Origin: Eubacteriales bacterium | GTDB lineage: Bacteria; Bacillota; Clostridia; Oscillospirales; CAG-272 | Assembly: GCA_045658225.1 (NCBI GenBank) | Contig: JAZOUO010000035.1 | Location: 13,639 to 77,638, forward strand | Direction: 5' to 3' | DNA length: 64,000 bases | Part shown: positions 1 through 8,277 of the stretch, one piece after another | Layout of the letters: every line of letters starts with the position of its first letter | Position numbering within the stretch: the stretch's first letter is position 1 | Made by a program: the position numbers and the translations under genes | The notes under the pieces: generated by a model | Told to the model about the DNA's origin: nothing | Seen by the model: the letters and a program-made list of their open reading frames with translations, nothing else | The model's database searches: none

Positions 1-1
1 T

Positions 2-529
2 TTTTATTCTTACGCTACCACCGTTGCGGGTATTGAGGCGGACGCATATATGCTTCTGAATTATCTTGACGGCAAGCAATTTGAATATCCCATATATCTT
101 GACATTGAGGACGTGTCTCAGGAGAATCTTGACAAAGAGCTATTGACTCAAATGTGCATAAGATTCTTTGAAATACTCCAGAAAAAAGGATATTACGTTG
201 CGCTTTATACGAACAATAACTGGCTGACCTCTATTTTAGATGCGCAGTTCGTGCTTGAAAATTTTGATATATGGTATGCAAGACATCCTGTGGCGCTTGA
301 AAATTACGTGTTTACAAGCGAGGAACTGCCCGTATGGAATACTGATCTTTACGGAGAAAATCTTGGGATGTGGCAATTTACATCTACAGGTGTTCTTGCG
401 TCCATTCCAGAAATTAAGGTTGATTTCAATATTGCATATAAGGACTATCCCAAAATAATCAAGGAGTTTGGACTTAACGGCTACGGCTCACTTGATGAAA
501 ATACAAAAAATGATACCGAGCTATTATAA
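2..529 (+). CDS. GH25-type lysozyme/muramidase, C-terminal part (5' end outside window)
   Basis: The frame is open from base 2 (FYSYATTVAGIEADAY precedes the listed Met at 50). 'YPIYLDIEDVS', 'YYVALYTNNNW' and 'FDIWYARH' fit the GH25 barrel as I remember it. TAA stop, then a hairpin terminator. Confidence 0.7.
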   Translation, partial: FYSYATTVAGIEADAYMLLNYLDGKQFEYPIYLDIEDVSQENLDKELLTQMCIRFFEILQKKGYYVALYTNNNWLTSILDAQFVLENFDIWYARHPVALENYVFTSEELPVWNTDLYGENLGMWQFTSTGVLASIPEIKVDFNIAYKDYPKIIKEFGLNGYGSLDENTKNDTELL

Positions 530-558
530 AAAAGAGGCGGTCAGACCGCCTCTTTTTT
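527..558. terminator. bidirectional rho-independent terminator between lysozyme and CDF genes
   Basis: AAAAAAGAGGCGG-TCAG-ACCGCCTCTTTTTT: a GC-rich stem flanked by an A-run and a T-run. Confidence 0.8.
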
Positions 559-1465
559 AATGATGGTGATGATGCCCGTGGTGATGGTGCTGCCCTTCGC
601 TGTCCGCGCAAATATGACAAACTCTTTCGTTACATTCCTCGTTGAAACTTTCAGTTTCAATGGTAGCATGTGAGATGTTGTGTTCGTAAAGCTCCTCTCT
701 CACAGCTTCCTTGATTGCGTGAGTATCAGCTCCATTTGCGGTGACAATGTGTAGAGTTGCGTAATTGTGGTAGCCGTCAATTGAGCGCACGTGAATATGA
801 TGCGCCTCCGTCACCCCATCAATTTTTTTAATATGCTCCTTTATTTCATTAACAGATATGCTCTCCGGCGTTTTTTCGAGGAATAGGGCTAATACTTGCT
901 TCAGATTCTTCAATGCACTTAAAAGTATAAACAGTGAAACACAAATTGAGAGTATAGGATCTATTATGCTTATATTCGTAAATCTCATTACTATTGCGCC
1001 GATAAGTACGACTACCCAACCAAGCACGTCCTCAAGCATATGAAGATTTACAGCTTTCTGGTTTATTGAGTCGCCATCGCGTGTAAAATATGCCGCGAGA
1101 AAGTTTACGACAACTCCTACCACCGCGAAAATTATCATTCCGTTATAGTTTATGGGTGTCGGCTCTATAATACGTAGTATCGCGTTATAAATGACTATAC
1201 ACGAGCCGACAAGCAAAACGACAGTTGTAATCGCACCGCCGAGTACGGAATAACGAAGATATCCGTACGTGTATTTATCGTCGGGCTGTTTTTTGCTTTT
1301 TTTCTCAAGTAAGAATGATATGCCAATGCTCACACTGTCACCGAGATCATGAATGGCATCCGAAAGTATAGCCACGCTTCCCGTGAAAATTCCTCCTATA
1401 AATTCAAAAATTGAAAATGTAAGGTTGAGTATAAATGCTATAAAAATGTTTTTTTGAGTTTTCAT
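557..1465 (-). CDS. cation diffusion facilitator (CzcD/ZitB-type) divalent-metal efflux protein with His-rich tail
   Basis: Multi-TM N-terminal half with 'AIHDLGDS' and 'HMLEDVLGW' (HxxxD metal-site motifs) and a cytoplasmic C-terminal domain. The tail is 'EGQHHHHGHHHHH'. A GAGGT SD precedes the ATG. Confidence 0.85.
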   Translation of the reverse strand: MKTQKNIFIAFILNLTFSIFEFIGGIFTGSVAILSDAIHDLGDSVSIGISFLLEKKSKKQPDDKYTYGYLRYSVLGGAITTVVLLVGSCIVIYNAILRIIEPTPINYNGMIIFAVVGVVVNFLAAYFTRDGDSINQKAVNLHMLEDVLGWVVVLIGAIVMRFTNISIIDPILSICVSLFILLSALKNLKQVLALFLEKTPESISVNEIKEHIKKIDGVTEAHHIHVRSIDGYHNYATLHIVTANGADTHAIKEAVREELYEHNISHATIETESFNEECNERVCHICADSEGQHHHHGHHHHH

Positions 1466-1475
1466 AATACCTCAC

Positions 1476-1530
1476 TTGACTTTATATAAATTTTACCGTA
1501 TAATATATATGATACCGAACATATTGTTCG
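1476..1530 (+). promoter_or_regulatory. sigma-A type promoter of the TetR gene plus palindromic operator in the divergent TetR/CDF intergenic region
   Basis: TTGACT (1476-1481), a 17-nt spacer, then TATAAT (1499-1504). It is followed at 1516-1530 by the inverted repeat CGAAC-ATATT-GTTCG. Confidence 0.6.
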
Positions 1531-1625
1531 ATTATATTATATTGAATAGGCTATGAGAAATCAATAATCAAACATTGGAGGATGTACGATACCGAACAAA
1601 ATTCGAAAATTGTACGGATAATTTT

Positions 1626-2159
1626 ATGGACAGACGGCAAAAAAAGACGAGAGACGCGATATTTTCTGCCTTTATTGAACTTTTAGGCAAGCAGAAATAC
1701 GAGCATATAACGGTTCAGGATATAATTGACAAGGCAGACGTGGGACGAAGCACGTTTTACTCGCATTTTGAGACTAAAGACCACCTTCTGCGAGCTATGT
1801 GCTCGGACATATTTGACCATATCATTGAGGGTGCTATGTGCTCTTATTGTGAGGGATCGGACAGTCTTGAGACTGCTCTTGCACATATTCTTATTCATTT
1901 GCGGGAGAGTCGCAGATACGTCACGGGGCTTCTCTGCTCTGACAGCGGCGACATATTTATGAGGTATCTTCACGAATATCTGACAAAGCTTTTTTCAAGA
2001 TACGTATCGGATTTTCACACAAACGTCCCCCAAGACTTTCTTATAAATCACCTCACGGGCGCATTCGTACAGACTATACGTTGGTGGGTCAAGAAGGATA
2101 TGCAAACTCCGCCAGAGCAAACCGCACATTATTTTATGTCGGTTATAGAAACACATTAA
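1626..2159 (+). CDS. TetR/AcrR family transcriptional regulator
   Basis: 'RRQKKTRDAIFSAFIELLGKQKYEHITVQDIIDKADVGRSTFYSHFETKD' is a typical TetR N-terminal HTH. The listed ORF starts at TTG 1575, but ATG 1626 gives the usual N-terminus. Confidence 0.85.
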   Translation: MDRRQKKTRDAIFSAFIELLGKQKYEHITVQDIIDKADVGRSTFYSHFETKDHLLRAMCSDIFDHIIEGAMCSYCEGSDSLETALAHILIHLRESRRYVTGLLCSDSGDIFMRYLHEYLTKLFSRYVSDFHTNVPQDFLINHLTGAFVQTIRWWVKKDMQTPPEQTAHYFMSVIETH

Positions 2160-2161
2160 AA

Positions 2162-2201
2162 AAGCATAACGGACAGATTAAATAGTCCGTTATGCTTTTT
2201 T
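2162..2201. terminator. rho-independent terminator
   Basis: AGCATAACGGAC-agattaaata-GTCCGTTATGCT followed by TTTTTT. Confidence 0.8.
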
Positions 2202-2252
2202 GACTGATAAATTAAGAAAGAACAATATCGTGAAGATTTCCTTTCTTAAATA

Positions 2253-2819
2253 TTATTTATGCTGACCCTTTCTTCTGAGCCTTTTTAAAATTGATTTTAA
2301 CATGGGTGTGTTATAACGGAGCGCAAGAGTCGGCAATACATTAAGAAAGAGATTTACTATGGCAACTGGCAGTCCAATTGTCAGCGCGCAAATATTAGGC
2401 ATCGTGAGCATAACTAAAAATCCTGCGGGATATGAAAGCCTATGAGTAAGAACTCCTTTGTTGCACTCGATAATAAATTTTTCTATGTATTGGGGGTTAT
2501 CTGGTTCCCTTAGAATTTTTTTGCTGAAGCCTCCGAGACCGCCAAGCTCCCAGACCTTGTCCTTCCAAAGTCTTACCTTTAGTTTTTTATAAAGCTGCCG
2601 TTCTTTTTCTGACACATTATAAAGTGGATTATCCACACCAAACCAGCTGTCCGGCATCTTGTTTATGATAATCGCAATAAGACCGTCAATGCAAAACGCA
2701 AGCGCAGCACAAAAGATAGAAGCTATGATAACGTAATACCAAGGTGATATATCAAAGATTATATTGACGGCAGAAATAATTACTATTGCTATACCGATTG
2801 TTGAGAGATACAGTTTCAT
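2253..2819 (-). CDS. membrane acyltransferase of the CrtO (glycosyl-4,4'-diaponeurosporenoate acyltransferase-like) family
   Basis: The layout and motifs parallel S. aureus CrtO as I recall it. 'VRLWKDKVWE' matches 'VRKWKHKI', 'EKFIIECNKGVLTH' matches 'EKMIIEMKRAELIH', and 'LRYNTPMLKSILKRLRRKG' matches 'QRYNRPRLTQLLRILKRRG'. Confidence 0.6.
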   Translation of the reverse strand: MKLYLSTIGIAIVIISAVNIIFDISPWYYVIIASIFCAALAFCIDGLIAIIINKMPDSWFGVDNPLYNVSEKERQLYKKLKVRLWKDKVWELGGLGGFSKKILREPDNPQYIEKFIIECNKGVLTHRLSYPAGFLVMLTMPNICALTIGLPVAIVNLFLNVLPTLALRYNTPMLKSILKRLRRKGQHK

Positions 2820-3655
2820 TATTCACCATATACAAGAGGTGTGTTATAAAACTCCTCGTACACCCTTACCCACGCCTTGTAGTTTTCCTGTTTCATAGTT
2901 TCTCTTGCTTGTGTCCTTGAAAGTAATTGATTTGGGTATATAGCCGGCAAAATATGTATAGTATATTCCTGCACGAAAAATCCGTCGTTGTCAAGTATAT
3001 CGCTATCCTCCATAGTAATAAATATAGGAACTATAGGAGTTTTATTTCGTACTGCCAGCACAAAAGCACCGTCCTGCATTGGTTTTGGCTTGCGATAATT
3101 CCACCACATGCTTTGCTCGGGATATATCAGAATGGTTTCACCACGCTCAAGTAAAACTTTTACGGCACGTAAAAATTTCTTCATAGTTGCACTTTGACTT
3201 GAAAGAGGAAGCGTATTGCAGTGTCTCATTAAAAAGCCAAATGGCTTTGGCGGATTAGTATAATTCCCTTCGCGAATAACCTTATAAATCATTTTTTTAT
3301 CCATGTGATCGCGAAGTGCTACCCATACCGCGTAATTATCGCACACGTTGAAATGATTACAGGTGACGATTTTTCCGCCCTTGACGGCGGTGAAATTTTC
3401 AATGCCGCGTATTTCCTTGATAATGAGCTGACGGTTGTCAATCATTTTATCAAAAAACTTTTCACCCATGCGGTTAGCTATTTTATTTTTTATTTTGCTC
3501 GACAACTTTTCATTTAGATAATCCACCTGTTCCGGCATAAGTGGATAGGTTTCAGGGTCATCCTCTACGTCAATATGCCAAAGCTCCTTTTTTTCAAACT
3601 CGGCAATTTTTTTTATAAGCTCTAATTTATGAGCAGACTTTTCCATACAATCCAC
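2819..3655 (-). CDS. lysophospholipid/1-acyl-glycerol-3-phosphate acyltransferase family (PlsC-like)
   Basis: HX4D acyltransferase motif 'CNHFNVCD' plus 'IYPEQSMWW' (block III-like). Overlaps the downstream gene by 1 nt. Confidence 0.75.
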   Translation of the reverse strand: MDCMEKSAHKLELIKKIAEFEKKELWHIDVEDDPETYPLMPEQVDYLNEKLSSKIKNKIANRMGEKFFDKMIDNRQLIIKEIRGIENFTAVKGGKIVTCNHFNVCDNYAVWVALRDHMDKKMIYKVIREGNYTNPPKPFGFLMRHCNTLPLSSQSATMKKFLRAVKVLLERGETILIYPEQSMWWNYRKPKPMQDGAFVLAVRNKTPIVPIFITMEDSDILDNDGFFVQEYTIHILPAIYPNQLLSRTQARETMKQENYKAWVRVYEEFYNTPLVYGE

Positions 3656-3656
3656 C

Positions 3657-4604
3657 TCAAATTTTACAAAGCTTTTTTGAAAAGGTATTATCTGAGTTTA
3701 CAATTTGTATTGCATGCTCAAGTATTTCCTTAGCAGTTTCTTCTTTTTCTGCCTTGTCGATGCTACTGAAATTTTGCTTATTACAGCAGATCTGCTCGTA
3801 AAAGGTAGACTGCTTTGCATAATGCCAGAAGAATTCTCCGTCTATAACGTCATCGTACTGCCAAGGCTTTTTGTAGAGTGCGTAATGAACTATATTCTTG
3901 TTCCCTTCACAAAGCTGCGGCATGGGTTCTTTATTCCATCCGTTTGGCAATATATGTATCTTATTTATACAAAGATAGTTCAAGTATGCCTGATCGGGAT
4001 CAAGCAGATCAAAGTCGTACTCGGTTATAAGAGTTATAAATTTCTCCTCTATTTGATTTTTTCTGAATGCATCAAGGTTTATAAGAAGAACTCCTGCATT
4101 TACATATTTGTCAGGATCAACGTTTAATGCTTTTTTCGCATACTGTCTGAACTCCTTGGTGCTTTGCACGAACTGTTCGGGAGCAGCGCCTAAAATATTA
4201 TCGCCAAGATCTATATTGTAAAGCTCCGATATGTCACCAAGAACTACGAGGTCACAGTCAAGATATAAAACCTTATCGTATTCGGGAAAAAGCGAAGCTA
4301 TAAACAGTCTGTAGTATGTGACAATTGAAAAATGATATACATTTTTGAAGCGGGATTTGATATTCTCCAATTCCCCGGATATGTCAATAAAATCAATATT
4401 AAATCGGGGTTGTGAGTTTAATTTGATTTTTGCAATATTTTCAGACTTAAGTCCTGTATGTATAATTATAATTCGGTAATTGTTGATTTTACTTGCGTTG
4501 TCAATAAGTGAACGTATTGCAACGTCAAGATACGGTATATAATTGTCATCTGTTGAAAAAAAGATAGGAATTTCTTTTGATTGTACTTCAATTTTGCGAT
4601 TCAA
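3657..4604 (-). CDS. glycosyltransferase family 8 (retaining Gal/Glc transferase type)
   Basis: 'IPIFFSTDDNYIPYLDVAIRSL', DxD 'YLDCDLVVLGD' and 'NAGVLLINL' are GT8 hallmarks. The listed ORF starts at GTG 4652 with no SD. GGAGGT (4614-4619) lies 9 nt before in-frame TTG 4604, which I prefer as the start. Confidence 0.8.
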   Translation of the reverse strand: MNRKIEVQSKEIPIFFSTDDNYIPYLDVAIRSLIDNASKINNYRIIIIHTGLKSENIAKIKLNSQPRFNIDFIDISGELENIKSRFKNVYHFSIVTYYRLFIASLFPEYDKVLYLDCDLVVLGDISELYNIDLGDNILGAAPEQFVQSTKEFRQYAKKALNVDPDKYVNAGVLLINLDAFRKNQIEEKFITLITEYDFDLLDPDQAYLNYLCINKIHILPNGWNKEPMPQLCEGNKNIVHYALYKKPWQYDDVIDGEFFWHYAKQSTFYEQICCNKQNFSSIDKAEKEETAKEILEHAIQIVNSDNTFSKKLCKI

Positions 4605-4712
4605 AATAATTTTACCTCCGTAGAAAAAACAGTCAGTGTCTTTGTGTGCCACCCAATGTGGTTTTCAATACTATATTACCACAAAATCCAAATAAAGTCA
4701 AGCTATTTTACA

Positions 4713-4769
4713 AAAAAACAAATAAAAAAGAAAGCTCTGAGCCGGACTTGTGTCCGGGTCGGAGCCTTC
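4713..4769 (-). terminator. rho-independent terminator of typA
   Basis: Minus strand: GAAGGCTCCGACCCGGAC-acaa-GTCCGGCTCAGAGCTTTC, followed by TTTTTTATTTGTTTTTTT. Confidence 0.8.
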
Positions 4770-4800
4770 TGTATAGTTGCCTTAATAGCACGTATGCTTT

Positions 4801-6645
4801 TTATTTGTTTTCCTGCGCTGCCTTGCGTGCCTTCATCATTTCCTTCATTCGAAGCTCTGTATTGAGAATCTTCTTGCGGAGTCTTATGGACTTAGGTGTG
4901 ACCTCGATAAGCTCGTCGTCCGTGATGAATTCAATAGCCTCTTCAAGACTAAATATTGTGGGAGGAGTGAGCAGGAGCTTTTCATCCGCACCCGCGCTTC
5001 TAATTGCGGTAAGGTGCTTCTCCTTACAGGGATTTACTGCGATATCGTCATTCTTGGGGTTTTCACCGACTATCATTCCCTCGTATACGGGTGTCTGAGG
5101 TCCTACGAAGAGGTTTCCTCTTTCCTGTGTGTTATAGAGACCATAACGTGTAGTCACACCTGCCTCGGATGCAACGAGCGCACCCGTGAATCTCATAATG
5201 ATACCTCCGCGGTAAGGCTCGTAGCCCTCAAAGAGAGTGTTGAGCACGCCCTCGCCGTGAGTTGCGGAAAGGAACTCGGAGCGATAGCCGAAAAGACATC
5301 TTGACGGAATGAGATATTCAATTCTCATACGGCTTCCCATGGGGTTCATCTCAATAAGGTCGCCCTTTCTCTGTCCGAGCTTTTCTATAACTGCGCCAAC
5401 GTATTCGGTAGGCACGTCAAGTGTGACCTTTTCCATAGGCTCGCACTTTACACCGTCAATCTCCTTGATAATTACCTTGGGGTTAGAGCAAGTGAGCTCA
5501 TAACCCTCACGTCTCATATTTTCAATGAGTATGGAAAGGTGCATCTCTCCTCTGCCCGAAACTATAAACTCGTCGGTGGTGTCACCGTCGCGCACACGCA
5601 ATGATACGTCCTTGAGAAGCTCGCGGTAAAGTCTTTCACGAAGCTGACGTGAGGTGACAAATTTTCCCTCCTTACCTGCCAAGGGGCTGTCATTTACCGC
5701 AAAGGTCATTTCAACGGTAGGCTCGCTCACCTTAACGAATTCAAGAGGCTCGGGATTTGCGGTGGATGTGATTGTATCACCGATAGATATATCTCCTGCT
5801 CCCGAGAAACATACGATATCGCCCATTTTTGCGTTCTCAACGGGCAAACGTCCAAGTCCGTCTATCTGATAAAGAGAAACTATTTTGCTCTTTACGGGCT
5901 TTTCTGTGGGCTTGTGGAAGTTGCAAATTGCCACCTCCTGACCTACCTTGACACTTCCGCGCTCAATACGTCCGATTCCTATTCTTCCAACGTACTCGTT
6001 GTAGTCGATAGAGGAAACGAAAAGCTGAAGGCCTCCGTCCACATCTCCCTCGGGTGCGGGAATATATTCGAGTATCTTTTCAAACAAAGGAACAAGGTTC
6101 TCGCCGAGTACGTCGGGGTCCTCGGATGCAGTTCCTTCCCTGCCTGAGCAGTAAAGCATGGGAGAGTCAAGCTGCTCGTCAGACGCGCCAAGGTCGATAA
6201 GAAGCTCGAGTATCTCATCTTCAACCTCACCAAGACGTGCGTCGGGCTTGTCTATTTTATTAAAGCATACGATAACTCTATGATTGAGTTCAAGTGCGCG
6301 CTTAAGCACGAATCTTGTCTGAGGCATAGGTCCTTCTGCTGCGTCAACAAGGAGTATAACGCCGTTTACCATTTTAAGAACTCGCTCAACCTCGCCGCCG
6401 AAGTCCGCGTGACCGGGGGTATCAACGATATTTATTTTTACGTCCTTATAATGAACTGCTGTATTCTTCGCAAGAATGGTAATACCTCTCTCACGCTCAA
6501 TGTCTCCCGAGTCCATAACGCAGGTGACCGTTTCCTGATTTTCACGGTATATACCGCCCTGCTTCAGTAGACCATCAACAAGTGTTGTCTTTCCATGGTC
6601 AACGTGCGCTATTATTGCTACGTTTCTTAAATCCTCTCTTACCAT
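4801..6645 (-). CDS. typA: translational GTPase TypA/BipA
   Basis: 'AIIAHVDHGKTTL', 'DTPGHADF' and 'NKIDKP' G-motifs, 614 aa with an EF-G-like domain order. An SD AGAGGT precedes the ATG. Confidence 0.95.
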   Translation of the reverse strand: MVREDLRNVAIIAHVDHGKTTLVDGLLKQGGIYRENQETVTCVMDSGDIERERGITILAKNTAVHYKDVKINIVDTPGHADFGGEVERVLKMVNGVILLVDAAEGPMPQTRFVLKRALELNHRVIVCFNKIDKPDARLGEVEDEILELLIDLGASDEQLDSPMLYCSGREGTASEDPDVLGENLVPLFEKILEYIPAPEGDVDGGLQLFVSSIDYNEYVGRIGIGRIERGSVKVGQEVAICNFHKPTEKPVKSKIVSLYQIDGLGRLPVENAKMGDIVCFSGAGDISIGDTITSTANPEPLEFVKVSEPTVEMTFAVNDSPLAGKEGKFVTSRQLRERLYRELLKDVSLRVRDGDTTDEFIVSGRGEMHLSILIENMRREGYELTCSNPKVIIKEIDGVKCEPMEKVTLDVPTEYVGAVIEKLGQRKGDLIEMNPMGSRMRIEYLIPSRCLFGYRSEFLSATHGEGVLNTLFEGYEPYRGGIIMRFTGALVASEAGVTTRYGLYNTQERGNLFVGPQTPVYEGMIVGENPKNDDIAVNPCKEKHLTAIRSAGADEKLLLTPPTIFSLEEAIEFITDDELIEVTPKSIRLRKKILNTELRMKEMMKARKAAQENK

Positions 6646-6762
6646 ACTTACCTCTTATCTAAAAATTTTCCACTCATTATTATATCATAATTTTTTTCAA
6701 TATTAAATCACAAAAATAACGATTATTTACATTTTTCGTGGGATTTGATTGTGCATTTTGAC

Positions 6763-6794
6763 ACAAAAACAGCCCTCTCCGCAAAGAGAAGGCT
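6763..6794 (-). terminator. rho-independent terminator after thioredoxin gene
   Basis: Minus strand: AGCCTTCTC-tttgcg-GAGAGGGCT followed by GTTTTTGT. Confidence 0.65.
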
Positions 6795-6801
6795 ATTTGT
6801 T

Positions 6802-7110
6802 TTATTTCAACATTTCAAGTATTGACTCAAGAGGTCTGTAGCCTACCGCTTTATCTGCGAGCTTTCCGTCCTTGAGAAGCACGAGCGTGGGTATGCTGTG
6901 TATATCGTAAGCGTTTGCAATAGCACCCTGCTCGTCAACGTCAACCTTGCATACGACGACGTCGTCTCTCGTGTTTGCAATCTCCTCAATAATGGGAGCT
7001 ATCATTTTGCAGGGTCCGCACCACGTTGCATAAAAGTCGATAAGCACGGGCTTTTCGCTATTCAATGCCACCTGTTCAAAATTTTCAACCGTTAAATGTA
7101 TAATTGCCAT
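6802..7110 (-). CDS. trxA: thioredoxin
   Basis: 'FYATWCGPCKMIAP' active site. ATG 7110 is preceded by AGGAGG; the listed start at 7152 has no SD. Confidence 0.92.
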   Translation of the reverse strand: MAIIHLTVENFEQVALNSEKPVLIDFYATWCGPCKMIAPIIEEIANTRDDVVVCKVDVDEQGAIANAYDIHSIPTLVLLKDGKLADKAVGYRPLESILEMLK

Positions 7111-7124
7111 AAGTTTTCCTCCTA

Positions 7125-7322
7125 TTATTTCTGCTTGTAATAGAGCATACAATGACAGTATCCCTCAAAATCGGGGTCTTTAATCTGCTCCTTGAATTCC
7201 TTGCATACACACTTGGTGTCATCAGTTTTTTCGCGGCGGCAAGGACAGTATCCGCCCGTACGCTCAAGACCCTTGCGTATGGTCTCAACTACTTCCTTGT
7301 TGGGATTCTCTATAACTTTCAT
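7125..7322 (-). CDS. small ferredoxin:thioredoxin reductase catalytic-subunit-like protein (CPC/CxC/CHC)
   Basis: 65 aa with 'GGYCPCRREKTDDTKCVCKEF...EGYCHCMLY'. The spacing of three Cys pairs resembles the FTR-B / FDR 4Fe-4S-plus-disulfide site. It lies 14 nt upstream of trxA. Confidence 0.7.
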   Translation of the reverse strand: MKVIENPNKEVVETIRKGLERTGGYCPCRREKTDDTKCVCKEFKEQIKDPDFEGYCHCMLYYKQK

Positions 7323-7344
7323 AATTATTCCCTTCGTAAAAATT

Positions 7345-8277
7345 TTACTTCAAAAATCCGTTTATTATCTCTTCCTCTGCCTGTCTTTCGTCAAGTCCGA
7401 GAGTCATCAGCTTTATAAGCTGCTCTCCCGCAATCTTGCCGATTGCCGCCTCGTGGATAAGTGATGCCTCGATGTTATTTGCCTCTATTTCGGGGACTGC
7501 CTTGACAGACGCATTGTCCATAATAATGGCATCACATTCGGTATGTCCGTTGCAGCGTGCGTTGCCCTTGATATTTGATATAAAGAGCTGCTTTGAGTTA
7601 TCCTTTGCAACAGAACGGGAAACCACGTGCGTGCCGCATCCGTCACCGTTAAGCTCAACCTCAAACTCTGTTCTTGCAAACTGCTCGCCGTGAGTCATTA
7701 TCTTCTCGTACACCACGAGAGTTGAATCCTTATCAAGCTTTGCAACAGTCTTTCTATCGGTGGAGTCAACGCCCTTTATCTGTGTTGTCTCCATTTCAAG
7801 ATACGCGCCCTCTGAAAGTTCAACCACAGTCGTGGGGTTCATTACGTTTCTGCCGTTTCCATCACCCTCACCGTAATGCTTTTCCACATACTTTATCTTT
7901 GCGTTCTTTCCAACGTAAAACGAGTGAATTCCGCTGTGCTCGCTCATTTCTGTACCGCAGTTGTGTATTCCGCAGCCTGCAACGATTACGACGTCAGCAT
8001 CCTCACCGATATAAAAATCGTTATATACGGTCTCGGTTATACCTGTCTCGGAAAGGATTACGGGAATGTGTACGCTCTCGTTCTTTGTTCCCGCCTTGAT
8101 ATAAATCTCAATTCCCGGCTTGTCCATTTTTTTCTCAATTACAATGTTGCTTGAGGAATTCTTGCCGAAAAGCTCGCCGTTTACTCTCAAGGAGTATGCT
8201 CCCTCGGGGACTTTATGAAGCCCCGCGATATTTTCAAGGAGGTCTTTTTCCATTTTACTGAGTGTTTTCTGTGCCAT
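7345..8277 (-). CDS. SufB/SufD-family Fe-S cluster assembly scaffold protein
   Basis: 310 aa with a beta-helix-type repetitive core and 'EASLIHEAAIGKIAGEQLIKLMTLGLDERQAEEEII', typical of the SufBD C-terminus. Overlaps sufC by 1 nt. Confidence 0.8.
   Translation of the reverse strand: MAQKTLSKMEKDLLENIAGLHKVPEGAYSLRVNGELFGKNSSSNIVIEKKMDKPGIEIYIKAGTKNESVHIPVILSETGITETVYNDFYIGEDADVVIVAGCGIHNCGTEMSEHSGIHSFYVGKNAKIKYVEKHYGEGDGNGRNVMNPTTVVELSEGAYLEMETTQIKGVDSTDRKTVAKLDKDSTLVVYEKIMTHGEQFARTEFEVELNGDGCGTHVVSRSVAKDNSKQLFISNIKGNARCNGHTECDAIIMDNASVKAVPEIEANNIEASLIHEAAIGKIAGEQLIKLMTLGLDERQAEEEIINGFLK

Noticed and set aside
1516-1530. CGAACATATTGTTCG as a LexA/Cheo SOS box
   Set aside because: The spacer is 5 nt, not the 4 nt of CGAAC-N4-GTTCG. 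The site sits in a TetR/efflux divergent promoter, where a TetR operator is the simpler explanation.
1575-1625. TTG-initiated 17-codon N-terminal extension of the TetR regulator
   Set aside because: The extension (EDVRYRTKFENCTDNF) covers operator-like repeats. TetR proteins normally begin a few residues before the HTH, as ATG 1626 gives. The GGAGGA at 1577 has no properly spaced start codon.
4581-5098. ORFs 4581..4865 and 4646..5098 spanning the GT8-typA intergenic region
   Set aside because: They run through the typA terminator hairpin and antisense into typA. They have no SD and their products are low-complexity.
7085-7288. 67-aa minus-strand ORF overlapping the FTR-like gene in another frame
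   Set aside because: The alternative frame (7125..7322) carries the CPC/CxC/CHC cysteine pattern and a start with an SD. This one is Arg/Ser-rich with no motif.
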